The position numbers and the translations under genes were made by a program. A DNA stretch of 63,966 nucleotides, counting the filler, from Octopus bimaculoides (lineage: Eukaryota), in NCBI RefSeq assembly GCF_001194135.2. It is 5 parts of 5 records of this genome, joined end to end, with 100 filler letters (N's around TTAATTAATTAA, not from the genome) between each part and the next. Parts side by side here need not be neighbours in the genome. Positions count along the whole stretch, not along the records: positions 57,706 to 63,966 come from NC_068998.1; 4 more parts are not named here. One strand, written 5' to 3'. Below the pieces are notes generated by a model. The model saw only the letters and a list, made by a program, of their open reading frames with translations. It did no database searches and was not told where the DNA came from. Position 1 is the stretch's first letter. Each line of letters begins with the position of its first letter. Below are positions 63,612 to 63,966 of the stretch, piece by piece.

Positions 63612-63966
63612 ATTATTATTATTATTCAGTAGTTTTATTTTTATAACGTGCTTTCACTTCACTACCGAGCGCAGCTCTGTGCGCCTTGGATATGTGCTGT
63701 GGTTTGCTGTGGTGCTCTTATGTTTACTGTATTGAAAGTGTTTTGCGTAGAATGTGTGCAGTACCCAGTAGTGAAATTTTCTGTATGTTATATATATTTG
63801 TAAGTCCTGCTATTTTTGTTATGTATTTGTCTGAATATTTTTTTTATTATACCTAAGGCACTTACTATGATAGGAATTGTTTCTGTTTTTAGATTCCACA
63901 TTCGAGTTATCTCTATTTCCAGGTCTTTGTATTTTGAAAGTTTTTCCATTTCTTTTAGAGAAACGT
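63612..63966 (-). mobile_element. R4/Dong-type LINE 3' end with (TAA)n tail (fourth lineage), continues beyond the window
   Basis: VSLKEMEKLSKYKDLEIEITRMWNLKTETIPIIVSALGIIKK/...IQKISLLGTAHILRKTLSIQ*, a 3' UTR, then AATAATAATAAT. Confidence 0.92.

Overview
Eukaryotic, AT-rich, microsatellite-dense, repeat-saturated genomic DNA with about 9 kb (~14%) of assembly gaps. The SINE families and overall texture point to an octopus (coleoid cephalopod) draft assembly; this is inference, as no marker gene is present. I found no host protein-coding exon, rRNA, genuine tRNA or CRISPR array. Nearly all long ORFs in the track are N-runs or microsatellite artefacts. DNA transposons: four decayed Tc1/mariner-superfamily copies (DD36E Tc1-like, DD34D mariner, a second mariner 3' remnant, DD37D maT) and several non-autonomous TIR elements, one with an 8-bp TSD and an internal telomeric-repeat hairpin. 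Retroelements: a near full-length decayed RTE LINE, four R4/Dong-type LINE 3' ends (two abut TAA arrays), CR1/L2-type fragments, two L1/Tx1-like ORF1-only remnants, a Penelope-like GIY-YIG fragment and many tRNA-derived SINEs. The most notable signals are (i) several minimal type-I hammerhead-ribozyme motifs, three loci sharing a U4C core variant and the best one capping a long imperfect hairpin, (ii) a ~64-bp array of double-hairpin units with covariation in the RTE 3' UTR, and (iii) a Merlin-like MITE carrying a (TAACCC)n/(TTAGGG)n fold-back.
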